A stretch of 61,548 nucleotides of DNA from Coriobacteriia bacterium. Its GTDB lineage: Bacteria; Actinomycetota; Coriobacteriia; Anaerosomatales; JAAXUF01. The position numbers and the translations under genes were made by a program. The notes below the pieces were generated by a model that was given only the letters and a program-made list of their open reading frames with translations, did not search any database and was not told where the DNA came from. Where the stretch lies: positions 1 through 61,548 of the forward strand of contig JARLGT010000021.1 in the NCBI GenBank assembly GCA_031292615.1, written 5' to 3'. This document shows positions 1 through 8,974 of this stretch, in pieces. Position 1 is the first letter of the stretch. Each line of letters opens with the position of its first letter.

Positions 1-443
1 ACGCCGAGGCGTTTGAACTCGTCGCGCTGCACGTCAACGAAGCCCATGGCCCAGTCTCGGCACAACTCGCGAAGCTTGGCCTGAGAGATCTTGGCCATCT
101 TCTCGGGGCCGAGCTTCTTCTCCACCATGTGCTCGATCGGTTGGCCGTGACAGTCCCAACCGGGGACGTAGGGCGCGTAGTAGCCACGCATGGACTTGTA
201 CTTGACGATCAGGTCCTTCAGCACCTTGTTGTAGGCGGTGCCCATGTGGATGTGCCCGTTGGCGTATGGGGGCCCGTCGTGTAGCACGAAGGGCTCGGCG
301 CCGGCGCGGTTGGCCAGCGACTCGGCATACACGTCGATCTCGTCCCAGTAGGCCAGCCACTCCGGCTCGCGCGTTGCGAGGTTTGCTCGCATCGGGAACT
401 CGGTCTGCGGTAGGTTCATGGTCTGCTTGAAGTCCTGCGCCAC
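1..443 (-). CDS. ileS: isoleucyl-tRNA synthetase, N-terminal part (gene runs off the window start)
   Basis: The minus-strand translation [22 protein letters not shown]...[23 protein letters not shown]...[11 protein letters not shown] matches the IleS N-terminus, including the class-I HIGH motif (HMGH). The GTG start at 443 is preceded by GGAAGG. Confidence 0.9.
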   Translation of the reverse strand, partial: MAQDFKQTMNLPQTEFPMRANLATREPEWLAYWDEIDVYAESLANRAGAEPFVLHDGPPYANGHIHMGTAYNKVLKDLIVKYKSMRGYYAPYVPGWDCHGQPIEHMVEKKLGPEKMAKISQAKLRELCRDWAMGFVDVQRDEFKRLG

Positions 444-720
444 GACGCATCCTTCCCTTCTCTGCCCGCTTTGCGCGGGCACACAAAAAGCGCGCTCGTC
501 CACGGTCTGCCGGGACGAAACGCGCTTCTACATCCAAGCTCGTTCCGCGGTACCACCCAGCTTGCGTCTTCGCTCTCTGCGAAGATGCGCCACTCGGTTC
601 ACTCTGTAACGGGAGCTCCCGTCGGAGCCTACTGCGCGCTTTCGCTTGGTTCGGTCCGAGGCTGATGGGGTGATCTTCCGCGTTCGTGCCACCTGCGGGC
701 TCTCACTATCCCCGCTCGCT
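444..720 (-). promoter_or_regulatory. T-box riboswitch leader upstream of ileS, Ile-specific
   Basis: On the minus strand, AGCUGGGUGGUACCGCGG (plus 544-561) matches the conserved T-box sequence. Upstream there is a GAUAGUGAGAG (AGUGA-type) stem-I motif. A candidate specifier is GAAG-AUC-A, with the Ile codon AUC at about 673-675. Downstream there is a two-tier hairpin, AGCGCG...GUCCCGG-CAGA-CCGUGGAC...CGCGCU, followed by UUUUUGUGUG (plus 481-530). A small hairpin, GCCCGC-GCAAA-GCGGGC, sits just before the SD GAAGGGAAGG. Confidence 0.6.
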
Positions 721-841
721 GATCTAGCGCTAATCGACGCGTACTCGTCCCCGTCTTCGCCACTCGTAATCGCGCCATGCTTACACACGGCGAACTCGAA
801 TTATCGCGCAGGCCTACGAGCGCGGTCAAACGGACTCGGGC

Positions 842-1111
842 CTACGTCTCATCCTTGCGCATCGGAGCCAAGAAGCTGATGGCGCTGGTGGAGATCGCCA
901 CGAAGTCGCGCTTCTCACCAGGGCGGTGCGTCTGGCCACGATCGTTGACGGCAACGTCCGAGAGGCACAGGAACCGCCGATCGTACTCGTTGAGGTAGTC
1001 AGAAAGACGGTGATCCGGCCCGAGAACCGGCCGATAGAGGTAGCCCCGAAACGTGCGCTCGGAGGTCTCCACGATGACTCGTACTCGCTCGTACTCCTGA
1101 TCGTCGCTCAC
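842..1111 (-). CDS. small hypothetical protein of 89 aa, with a GTG start
   Basis: The ORF has high GC3 codon use consistent with its neighbours. The sequence MSDDQEYERVRVIVETSERTFRGYLYRP...RFLCLSDVAVND suggests a beta-rich globular fold; no family was recognised. It lies between yggU and the ileS leader, and its RBS is weak. Confidence 0.45.
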   Translation of the reverse strand: MSDDQEYERVRVIVETSERTFRGYLYRPVLGPDHRLSDYLNEYDRRFLCLSDVAVNDRGQTHRPGEKRDFVAISTSAISFLAPMRKDET

Positions 1112-1140
1112 AGCGCCCCATCTCGGTCGAATGGCGTCAT

Positions 1141-1419
1141 CTAGAACAGCGACTCGTCTGATCGCCCGAACACGGCGGCTACGTCGTGATCGCTTGCGTT
1201 GGCGATATCGAGCACTTTGTGTCGGGCCGCCTCGCCGCGCACGACGGAGACAGAAGTCTTGGGCACCGCCATCGCCGAGGCAATCACCTTGACGACCGCG
1301 GCGTTGGCCTTGCCGCCTTCAGGAGCGCTCGTCACGCGAACCGACAGCTCGCTTCCGCGCCAGCCGACGACCTCATCGCGGCCCGCGCGGGGCGTGACAT
1401 GGACGGCCAACCTCGCCAT
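1141..1419 (-). CDS. yggU: DUF167 / YggU-family protein
   Basis: VHVTPRAGRDEV...LSVRVTSAPEGGKANAAVVKVIASAM...VSVVRGEAARHKVLDI matches the YggU (DUF167) signature. It is 4 nt downstream of divIVA. Confidence 0.75.
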   Translation of the reverse strand: MARLAVHVTPRAGRDEVVGWRGSELSVRVTSAPEGGKANAAVVKVIASAMAVPKTSVSVVRGEAARHKVLDIANASDHDVAAVFGRSDESLF

Positions 1420-1425
1420 GCCGAG

Positions 1426-2304
1426 CTAGTCGATCTCCTCGATATCGGTGTCGCGCTCCCGCTCGCCGAGGATGTCGAAGCCCGGGAGTTCGAACTCGCC
1501 CGGCTCGACCAGCTCGACCGGGCCATCCGGTAGCTCCGGAGACTCCATCTCGCCGAGCGAGACGCTTGAGACAAAGCCCGACGCCGGCGGCTCGACCAGC
1601 GGCAGTACCGTGGTCTCATCGGCGTCGGCGTCGAAGATGCCTCCAGTCGGCTGAGGAGCCGCAGGCTCGGAGGTCGTCACGGGCGGTGCCCACTGGGTCG
1701 CGGTCTCGGGCGCAGCGGGCGCAGGCTCTGCGGCAGGCGCAGGTGAGGCATAGTTGGGCGCGGGAGCGTAAGAAGGCGCCGCGTATGCGGGCCCCGGGCG
1801 GACGTCGACCGCGCCGACGAGTCCGTCGGAGTCGTCGAGCAGGACGTTGATGTCCTCCGGCAGGCCGATCTCAGTGATGTTGCTGAGGTGGCCCTCGAGC
1901 ATCGTCTTGTAGCGAGCGCGGAACTCCTCCTCGGCGTGCTTGATACGCACGAGTTCGTTGGCGACCGTCTGCTTCTTCTGAAGCGCGTTGTGCACGATCT
2001 CCTTAGACTTCTGCTCGGCATCGCGAAGCATGGCGTCAGCCTCGACGCCGGCCTTGGCCACGATCTCCTCGGCGGAACGCTGGGCGCTGACCAGCGTATT
2101 GTTCAGCGTGGCCTCCATCGACTGGTAGCCACGCACGCGCTCGTTGGCCTGCTCGAGCTTCTCGGAGATATCGATGTTCTCCTTGAAGAGTCGATCGAAC
2201 TCATCTGCCACCTGGTCCAAGAAGCCGTCCACTTCTTCCTCGCTGTAGCCGCGAAGTGAATGGCGGAACTCCTTGTGGTGGATGTCGAGGGCCGTGAGCT
2301 TCAT
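1426..2304 (-). CDS. divIVA: DivIVA (cell-pole and septum scaffold protein)
   Basis: The N-terminal MKLTALDIHHKEFRHSLRGYSEEEVDGFLDQV is the DivIVA domain. It is followed by coiled coil and an Ala/Pro-rich acidic tail. Confidence 0.9.
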   Translation of the reverse strand: MKLTALDIHHKEFRHSLRGYSEEEVDGFLDQVADEFDRLFKENIDISEKLEQANERVRGYQSMEATLNNTLVSAQRSAEEIVAKAGVEADAMLRDAEQKSKEIVHNALQKKQTVANELVRIKHAEEEFRARYKTMLEGHLSNITEIGLPEDINVLLDDSDGLVGAVDVRPGPAYAAPSYAPAPNYASPAPAAEPAPAAPETATQWAPPVTTSEPAAPQPTGGIFDADADETTVLPLVEPPASGFVSSVSLGEMESPELPDGPVELVEPGEFELPGFDILGERERDTDIEEID

Positions 2305-2341
2305 CGGTCGATCCTTCCAAATCGGGTCATGCGGGGTCGTG

Positions 2342-2626
2342 CTAGCGCACTACCGTGATTACTAAATATCTCAGTACTGGCACGATAACAAACTGAACGA
2401 CGAGAATCGCTGCCCACGGCGAGAAGTCGATGCCACCCATCGGTGGGATGAATCGGCGAAACAGCGCGATGTAGGGTTCGCATAGGCTTCCAATGACGCG
2501 ATAGACGTCGTAGAACGCCCCGTTCATCGGGAACCATGACATCAGCACGTATACCACGAGCAACACCACGTAGAACTGTCCGACGACCCCGATGACGTTC
2601 AGCAGTTGAATCGTCAGGCTACTCAC
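2342..2626 (-). CDS. yggT: YggT/YlmG-family membrane protein
   Basis: A 94-aa protein with two TM segments and the FIPPMGGIDFSPW motif. The GTG start overlaps the proC stop (GTGA). Confidence 0.8.
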   Translation of the reverse strand: MSSLTIQLLNVIGVVGQFYVVLLVVYVLMSWFPMNGAFYDVYRVIGSLCEPYIALFRRFIPPMGGIDFSPWAAILVVQFVIVPVLRYLVITVVR

Positions 2627-3444
2627 GAGCCAAGCTCCTTGGAGCGATGCACTGCTGCGGCCACTGCTTCGGCAAACGCCGAACGAACCGCTCGCGCCTC
2701 AAGCGCCTCAACGGCGGCGATGGTCGTGCCACCCGGGCTCGTGACGCCGTCCACGAGCGCCTCGGGGTGCATCCCGGTGGTGTCGAGCAGCTTTGCCGTA
2801 CCCAGCATGGTCTGGATCGCGAGCGCCTGAGCTACGTCGCGCGCGAGTCCCTGGCGTACTCCCCCGCGCGCGAGGGCATCGACGACAAGCGCGAAGTACG
2901 CCGGCCCCGAGCCCGAGATGGCCGCGGCGGCATCCTGATAGCGCTCCTCGAGCACGATCGACCTGCCGAGCGACGCGAAGAGCGCGCGCACGATTTCAGT
3001 CTGCGCGGCGGTTGCTTCCGTGCCACCGCTGACGACCGACATTCCCTCGCCCACGAGCGCAGGCGTGTTGGGCATGACGCGCACGACGGGGGTCCCACTC
3101 GGCAGCGCGGCCTCGAGGCGGGCACACGTGATGCCCACGGCGATGGACACAATGAGCGAGCCGGCGAGCTTGCTCGACAGCGCGGCCGCGACGGCGTCGA
3201 TGACCTGCGGCTTGACGGCAAGAATGACTGTGTCGGAAGGGAGTGCTTCGGCACCGTCGGCCACGCAGTGAACGCCGAAAGCAGCGCTCAGCGCGTCTCG
3301 GCGTTCGAGAGATGGCTCGGCAACCGTGATTGAAGCGGCGGGAACGGCGCCGGATCGCACGAGCCCGCCGACGATCGCCTCGCCCATACGGCCGCCACCG
3401 ATGACGGCGAGTGTGCCGTCGTAGTGTAGCGAGTCCTCAGTCAT
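2623..3444 (-). CDS. proC: pyrroline-5-carboxylate reductase
   Basis: It has the N-terminal NADP Rossmann motif LAVIGGGRMGEAI, plus VRVMPNTPALVGEGMSVV and a C-terminal dimerisation domain. Confidence 0.9.
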   Translation of the reverse strand: MTEDSLHYDGTLAVIGGGRMGEAIVGGLVRSGAVPAASITVAEPSLERRDALSAAFGVHCVADGAEALPSDTVILAVKPQVIDAVAAALSSKLAGSLIVSIAVGITCARLEAALPSGTPVVRVMPNTPALVGEGMSVVSGGTEATAAQTEIVRALFASLGRSIVLEERYQDAAAAISGSGPAYFALVVDALARGGVRQGLARDVAQALAIQTMLGTAKLLDTTGMHPEALVDGVTSPGGTTIAAVEALEARAVRSAFAEAVAAAVHRSKELGS

Positions 3445-3470
3445 GTCAGTCCTCTTAAGAGACGGGCGGG

Positions 3471-4085
3471 CTAGTCGACCGAGAACAGGCCGGTATCGCG
3501 AAGGCGACGGCGATCGGCGTCTGTGACGTCGACGTTGTGCGGCGTGAGCATGAACACGCGGTCCGAGACCTTCTGCAGACCACCATCGAGCCCGTACGTC
3601 AGGCCGGATGCAAAGTCGAGAAGGCGCTTAGCGAGTTCAGGCGTGGTCGACGCCATGTTCATGATGACCGGAGTCCCCTGCTTGAACTTGTCGGCGATGC
3701 TCTGCGCCTCTGTGAAGCTCTTGGGCTCGACGATGTGCATCTTCATGTTCGCCGAGACAGGCGTCACGGATGAAGGACCCGACGGCACGCTGCGAAGCGA
3801 CGAGCCGCTCGAGTAGCCGCCGCGGTCGGTACTTGGCACGCGCACGCCGGCACGGTCGAGGTCCGGTCCGCGATCGAGGCGCTTGACCGCACCGGGACCC
3901 GCGCCGGAGCCGTACGGGGACTGGTAAGGCGGTGTCGTGTCGCGTCGAGAGGAAGCCGGAGCGGCAAAGGCCTCTTCGTCATCGTCGTCGGGCTCGTGAT
4001 AGCCGCCGGACTCCTCTTCGTAGTACTCGTCGTCCCAGTCGTCCTCGAGGCCAAGTCTGACCTTCAGGTCACGCCAAAGACTCAC
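3471..4085 (-). CDS. sepF: cell division protein SepF
   Basis: The C-terminal VEPKSFTEAQSIADKFKQGTPVIMNM...RLLDFASGLTYGLDGGLQKVSDRVFMLTP is the SepF domain. The N-terminus is acidic. Confidence 0.9.
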   Translation of the reverse strand: MSLWRDLKVRLGLEDDWDDEYYEEESGGYHEPDDDDEEAFAAPASSRRDTTPPYQSPYGSGAGPGAVKRLDRGPDLDRAGVRVPSTDRGGYSSGSSLRSVPSGPSSVTPVSANMKMHIVEPKSFTEAQSIADKFKQGTPVIMNMASTTPELAKRLLDFASGLTYGLDGGLQKVSDRVFMLTPHNVDVTDADRRRLRDTGLFSVD

Positions 4086-4106
4086 AGTCGTCTCCTTGTT
4101 TTCGGG

Positions 4107-4784
4107 CTATCGGCCGAAGATGGCGCCACCAACGCGAACGATGGTTGCCCCCTCTTCGACGGCCACACGAAAGTCATTACTCATGCCCATCGAAAGCTCG
4201 TCTAACTCTACACCATTCAGCGGCATCTCCCGCAGCGAGTCGCGCAGCTCTCGTAGCTCGCGGAACACCCAGCGTGCATCCTCCGGTCGGCCAAACGGCG
4301 CCATCGTCATCAGGCCCTTCACGGCAACTCCCGGCAGATGCGAGGCCTCGATCAGGGTCTCTCGAACGTCGGCGGGCGCCAGACCATGCTTCGACTCCTC
4401 GCCCGAGATGTTCACCTCGAGCAGGACTGGCTGCACGACCCCGATCGCCTCGGCCCGCTTCGAGATCTCGGCGAGCAGCTTGCCCGAGTCGACCGAGTGG
4501 ATGAGGCAGGCCTTCCCGACGACGTCTTTGGCTTTGTTCGTCTGCAACGTGCCGATGAAGTGCCAGTTGGCCGTCGGAAACAAGCCGCACTTGCCCAAGA
4601 ACTCCTGGACCCGGTTCTCGCCGAACTCCGATATTCCGGCCTCGCAGGCCTGCCGGATGACATCGACTCCGTGCGTCTTGGTGACGGCGACGATCAGGAT
4701 CTCGTCGGGGTTTCTCCCAACGCAGTCGGCGGCGTCGGCGACCTGACGACGGACCGCCTCGTATTTAGAGGCGACCGTGTTCAC
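4107..4784 (-). CDS. yggS: PLP-binding YggS/PLPBP-family protein
   Basis: ILIVAVTKTHGVDVIRQACEAGISEFGENRVQE...WHFIGTLQTNKAKDV...LSMGMSNDF is the typical YggS signature. Confidence 0.9.
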   Translation of the reverse strand: MNTVASKYEAVRRQVADAADCVGRNPDEILIVAVTKTHGVDVIRQACEAGISEFGENRVQEFLGKCGLFPTANWHFIGTLQTNKAKDVVGKACLIHSVDSGKLLAEISKRAEAIGVVQPVLLEVNISGEESKHGLAPADVRETLIEASHLPGVAVKGLMTMAPFGRPEDARWVFRELRELRDSLREMPLNGVELDELSMGMSNDFRVAVEEGATIVRVGGAIFGR

Positions 4785-4788
4785 CGGT

Positions 4789-5463
4789 CTACTCCGCGGC
4801 CGGGGTCTGAACCGGCTCGCTGTGCAACTCGCGCTCGCCGGTGATCAGATACGCAATCCGCTCGCCGATATCCACGGCGTTGTCGGCGATTCGCTCGAGA
4901 TAGCGGCTGGCGAGCACCATCTGCGATGCCCACTCGATGTCCTCTTCATCCTTGAGGCGTGCAAGCTCGCGGAAGAACTGCTTGTAGAGGTGGTCGATCG
5001 GCTCGTCGAGCTCGGGGAGCTTGCGGGCGAGTTCGAGGTCGCGCTTGTCCAGCGCCTCTCGTGTCGCATCGAGCACTCGATAGACGAGGTTGCCCTGGGC
5101 CTGAATCAGGTCGTAGAGCGTCTGAGGGCCGCGGCGTCCCGCGGTACGGCGCGCAGCCTTCGCGATGTTGGTCGCAAGATCGGCCATACGCTCGAGCCGA
5201 ATCGCCATGTACGCCAGCGACTGCAGCAGGCGCAGGTCACGCGCGACGGGTGACTGGGTTGCGATCGTCTCGATGACGCGCTCTTCGACTTGGGCGCACC
5301 GGTCGTCGAGGGCCGCGTCGCCGTCGATCACGATGGTCGCCCGGTCCTCGTCGCCGGTGATCAGGGCACTGACGCCCTCACGCGTCGACTCTGTGACGGT
5401 GTCGAGAATGCCTACTACCTCGGCATGAATGGCTCTGAGCTCCTGGCGGAATTGTTCGCGCAT
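4789..5463 (-). CDS. phoU: phosphate signalling regulator PhoU
   Basis: It has two PhoU repeats: IRLERMADLATNIAK and SRYLERIADNAVDIGERI. It sits 111 nt after pstB. Confidence 0.85.
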   Translation of the reverse strand: MREQFRQELRAIHAEVVGILDTVTESTREGVSALITGDEDRATIVIDGDAALDDRCAQVEERVIETIATQSPVARDLRLLQSLAYMAIRLERMADLATNIAKAARRTAGRRGPQTLYDLIQAQGNLVYRVLDATREALDKRDLELARKLPELDEPIDHLYKQFFRELARLKDEEDIEWASQMVLASRYLERIADNAVDIGERIAYLITGERELHSEPVQTPAAE

Positions 5464-5574
5464 TGTCAGCTCCTCGCTGGCGTTTTCCTATCCGTTCAGT
5501 ATAAGCCGAGACACCCGCCCGAACCGGGCGAGTTTGTAACACGTGAACAGAACAGCTTGGTTCTCGTGCGGGTT

Positions 5575-6390
5575 CTAGCCGAATCGGCCGGTGATGTAGT
5601 CCTCGGTGCGCTTGTCGCTCGGGCTCGTGAACAGCTCGTTCGTGCGTCCAAACTCGACCATGACCGCGGGCTCACCCGCCACTTCCTGCAGGAAGAACGC
5701 GGTGTAGTCGCTCACGCGAGCTGCCTGCTGCATGTTGTGCGTGACGATGACGATCGTCACCGTGTCCTTGAGCTCGGCCATCAGGTCCTCGATCTTTTGG
5801 ACGCTGGTGGGGTCGATCGCCGAGCACGGCTCGTCCATCAGTAGCACCTCGGGCTCGACCGCAAGCACACGCGCTATACACAGCCGCTGCTGCTGACCAC
5901 CCGAAAGCGCCAACCCGTTCTTGCCCAGGATGTCCTTGACCTCTTTCCAGAGGTTGGCTCGCTTCAGCGAGTCCTCGACGATCGCGTCCAGCTCGGACTT
6001 CTTGCGCATCCCTTGCAGGCGCGGCCCGTAGGCCACGTTGTCGTAAATCGACTGCGGGAATGGGTTGGGCTGCTGAAAGATCATCCCGACTCGGCGGCGA
6101 AGATCGACCGGATCGACGCCGGGGCCGTATATGTCGGCGCCATCAAGCGCCATGAGCCCTTCAACACGCGTGCCGGGAATCAGGTCGTTCATGCGGTTGA
6201 TACAGCGCAGAAACGTCGACTTGCCGCAGCCTGACGGTCCGATAAACGCGGTAGTAGCGTGACTCGCGATGTCGACAGTGATGCTCGTCAGCGCGTTGAA
6301 GTCGCCGTACCAGAAGTTCAGTTCCTTCACCCGGACTTTGGCCGGCGTCGCTGCAATCTGTGGGGCGCCCGTCCTGAGTTGCACTGCCAT
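5575..6390 (-). CDS. pstB: phosphate ABC transporter ATP-binding protein PstB
   Basis: Walker [10 protein letters not shown], signature LSGGQQQRL and Walker B LLMDEP are present. The real start is the internal ATG at 6390 (RBS GGAAGG); the 650-aa track ORF is read-through. Confidence 0.9.
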   Translation of the reverse strand: MAVQLRTGAPQIAATPAKVRVKELNFWYGDFNALTSITVDIASHATTAFIGPSGCGKSTFLRCINRMNDLIPGTRVEGLMALDGADIYGPGVDPVDLRRRVGMIFQQPNPFPQSIYDNVAYGPRLQGMRKKSELDAIVEDSLKRANLWKEVKDILGKNGLALSGGQQQRLCIARVLAVEPEVLLMDEPCSAIDPTSVQKIEDLMAELKDTVTIVIVTHNMQQAARVSDYTAFFLQEVAGEPAVMVEFGRTNELFTSPSDKRTEDYITGRFG

Positions 6391-6395
6391 GTACG

Positions 6396-7220
6396 TCACA
6401 CCTTCCGAGAACCGCGCAGGATGAGCCGCGCGCCCAGGTTGAATCCGAGGATCATCACGATGAGAAGAAGGGCCGTGCCGAATGCGGTGGGCAGGTTGAT
6501 GCCGTCCACGGCGAGCAGGTACAGGTGGACGGTCATCGGCCGCCCCGAGTCGAGCGGTGAGATCGGGAGGTTGACTGCCTGGCCCATCGTGTAGAGCACA
6601 ACGGCCGTCTCTCCCACGGCCCGGCCCATCGCCAACACGATGCCGGTGATGATGCGCGGCGCGGCCGCCGGCAAGACGATCTTGCTCACCGTCTGCCACT
6701 TCGTGGCGCCTAAGCCGTACGAGCCCCAGCGCATGTACTTCGGCACCGACCGAATCGCCTCTTCGGTAGCGCGCATGATGATTGGGAGCATGAGCAGAGA
6801 CAGCGCCAGCGCCGCCGAGATCATCGACAACCCCAAGTGCATCGTCTCCACGAACAAAGCGAAGCCAAAGAGACCCATGACGATCGAGGGCACGCTCGCG
6901 AGAGAGTCGGCTGCAAACCGGATGGTGTCTACGACACGGCCCTGCTTGGCGTACTCGGCCAGGTAGACAGCTGCGAGTACCGCGATGGGCGTGCTGATGA
7001 CCATCGCCAGCGCTGTGACATAGACCGTCGACACGATGGTCGGCCAGATACCGCCCTCCGAGTTGACGCCGTGAGGCCAGGTGAAGATGAACGCCGGCGA
7101 GATCACGCTGATGCCGTTGACAAAGACGTAGAGCAGCAACGCGCCGAGCGTCGCGACGGTGATTCCGGCGGCGGCCCAAAGCATTCCGATGGCCAGCGAG
7201 TTCGTGATCCGCTTGTTCAT
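6396..7220 (-). CDS. pstA: phosphate ABC transporter permease PstA
   Basis: A six-TM permease with the EAA-like loop [28 protein letters not shown]. Confidence 0.9.
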   Translation of the reverse strand: MNKRITNSLAIGMLWAAAGITVATLGALLLYVFVNGISVISPAFIFTWPHGVNSEGGIWPTIVSTVYVTALAMVISTPIAVLAAVYLAEYAKQGRVVDTIRFAADSLASVPSIVMGLFGFALFVETMHLGLSMISAALALSLLMLPIIMRATEEAIRSVPKYMRWGSYGLGATKWQTVSKIVLPAAAPRIITGIVLAMGRAVGETAVVLYTMGQAVNLPISPLDSGRPMTVHLYLLAVDGINLPTAFGTALLLIVMILGFNLGARLILRGSRKV

Positions 7221-7223
7221 CGG

Positions 7224-8129
7224 CTAGCCCCTCATCCTGGAGAGCAGTCGCACGGAGGCGACCAGAAGCATCGAGAACAAGAAGAGCATCGCAGCAATGG
7301 CGAACAACGCGGTGCGGTGCAGCCCGACGGCGTAGGGCATGTCCATTACGATCTGCGTCGTCATCGTCGAGAGCGGCGCGAAGATGCCGCGAGGAAACAC
7401 CGGTGCGTTGCCAACGACCATCAGAACAGCCATGGTCTCGCCGATCGCACGACCCATGCCGAGGATGATCGCGTCCACGATTCCGATCTTGGCCGCTGGA
7501 ACGACCACCTTGTAGATCGTCTGCCACTGCGTCGCGCCCATCGCGTACGAGGCCTCGCGTATCCCCTCAGGCACCGATCGCAGTGCGTCTTCGGACAGCG
7601 CCGCAATCGTTGGCACGATCATGATGGCCAAGACTATCCAGGCGGTGAAGGCGCCAAAGCCCAGGGTGCCCGTGAACTTGGCGACGACGGCACGCAACAA
7701 CACGATGCCGAAGAACCCGTAGACCACCGAGGGGATGCCTGCGAGCAACTCGACCGCTGGGCGAACGAACGAGCGCACGCGGTCGGACGCCACGTCCGAA
7801 AGGAATACCGCCGTCCCGACCGCCAGTGGCGTGCCCAGCGCGAGCGCACCGAGCGTCACCAGGAAGGAGCCGGCGATCAGCGGCAGGATGCCGTAGCTGT
7901 TGGAAGCCGAGGACCAGACGGTGCCGCCGATGAACTTGAAGATGCCGTAGTCCGTGACGATCGGCCACGCTTTGACGCCGACGAAGATGAAGATGAGCCC
8001 GACGGCCAGCACGAAGAAGAATGCGCAGATGAAGAACAGCGCTGCGAGCAGCCACTCGCGAACGTACGTCGCGCGCGAGACAAGTTGGAGAGCGCCGTGC
8101 GTGCGCGGCGTGGTGACCTTGTCGGTCAT
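7224..8129 (-). CDS. pstC: phosphate ABC transporter permease PstC
   Basis: A polytopic permease with the motif [28 protein letters not shown]. Confidence 0.9.
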   Translation of the reverse strand: MTDKVTTPRTHGALQLVSRATYVREWLLAALFFICAFFFVLAVGLIFIFVGVKAWPIVTDYGIFKFIGGTVWSSASNSYGILPLIAGSFLVTLGALALGTPLAVGTAVFLSDVASDRVRSFVRPAVELLAGIPSVVYGFFGIVLLRAVVAKFTGTLGFGAFTAWIVLAIMIVPTIAALSEDALRSVPEGIREASYAMGATQWQTIYKVVVPAAKIGIVDAIILGMGRAIGETMAVLMVVGNAPVFPRGIFAPLSTMTTQIVMDMPYAVGLHRTALFAIAAMLFLFSMLLVASVRLLSRMRG

Positions 8130-8974
8130 CGCGCACCGCCCTCGGCGATAGGGATGAAGCCAGCGTCGACCACGACGCCCTTCTGGATCTTGCCGGAGAG
8201 CACGAAGTCCACGAACTCCTTTGTCAGGCCGGTCGGCTTGCCTTTCGTGAAGAAGTGCAGCACCCGCCCGACGGGATACGTCTTGTCGGCAACGCTCTTT
8301 TCGCTTGGGACGATGCCGTCTACGGCAAGCGCCTTGACGCTGACGCTAGAGAAGCGCGGCTTGACGAAGCCCAGCGAGATGTAGCCGATCGCTCCCGGCG
8401 CCCGTGCAACGACGTCGCGCACTTGGCCCGTACCGGGCAGAACCGTGGCGGCTGGGTCGAACTTGGCGTCCTTCATGACGAGCTTTTGGAACGCGTCTCT
8501 GGTGCCCGATCCATCGTCACGGTTCACGAGATCGATGGTGAGGTTGCCGCCGCCCACCTGAGACCAGTTCTTGATCTTGCCCGAGAAGATGTCGCGCAGC
8601 TGCTGGAGTGAGAGCCCGCTGACGGGATTGTCGGGGTTCACGATGACCGCGATGCCGTCGTAGGCGATTGGAAAGTCCACGAGTCCGTTGCTCTTCTCTT
8701 CCGGCGCCAGTTCACGCGAGGAGGTCCCGATCTCGGCGGTTCCTGCCGAGACAGCCTCGATACCCGCCGAGGAACCCAGGCCCGAGACCAGCACCGTCAC
8801 ATCCGGATGGATTGCCTTGAAAGCGTCGGCCGACTCCTCCGCAATCGGGAGAATCGTGGTCGACCCGCTGACGTTGAGCTTCTTGGACTGTGCCGAGGAT
8901 CTGGAGCAGCCGCCGAGCCCCAGCGCGAGGAGCGCCACCAAGAGAAGCGACGCGACCAGTCTCAGAGAATGCAA
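8126..8974 (-). CDS. pstS: phosphate-binding lipoprotein PstS
   Basis: The periplasmic binding-protein sequence includes GSTTILPIAEE...SGLGSSAGIEAV...DGSGTRDAF. A lipobox, LGLGGCS, follows a probable TTG start (the ORF could extend to 9076). Confidence 0.8.
   Translation of the reverse strand: MHSLRLVASLLLVALLALGLGGCSRSSAQSKKLNVSGSTTILPIAEESADAFKAIHPDVTVLVSGLGSSAGIEAVSAGTAEIGTSSRELAPEEKSNGLVDFPIAYDGIAVIVNPDNPVSGLSLQQLRDIFSGKIKNWSQVGGGNLTIDLVNRDDGSGTRDAFQKLVMKDAKFDPAATVLPGTGQVRDVVARAPGAIGYISLGFVKPRFSSVSVKALAVDGIVPSEKSVADKTYPVGRVLHFFTKGKPTGLTKEFVDFVLSGKIQKGVVVDAGFIPIAEGGAR

Noticed and set aside
34-537. 167-aa minus-strand ORF at the window start
   Set aside because: It is in the wrong frame relative to ileS, whose HIGH-motif frame is unambiguous. 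It is an Arg/Ala-rich high-GC artefact.
5464-5574. A bona fide PHO box in the pstB-phoU spacer
   Set aside because: The GTTC-containing segment does not form two clean 11-nt direct-repeat units. It is kept only as a low-interest note.
5575-7527. 650-aa ORF fusing pstB with upstream sequence, and similar over-long ORFs (16741-18669, 13050-14627, 27938-29224, 58261-60198, 25512-26126)
   Set aside because: The N-terminal parts are Arg/His/Gly-rich out-of-frame read-through across the neighbouring gene. Conserved domains begin at internal starts with good SD sequences.
6837-8384. Long plus-strand ORFs antisense to pstA/pstC (515 aa), to ftsZ (9849-11231) and to steA (48926-50209)
   Set aside because: Their composition is dominated by Arg/Asp/His/Gly runs and no domain is recognisable. 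Each is fully antisense to a well-supported gene, typical of high-GC shadow ORFs.
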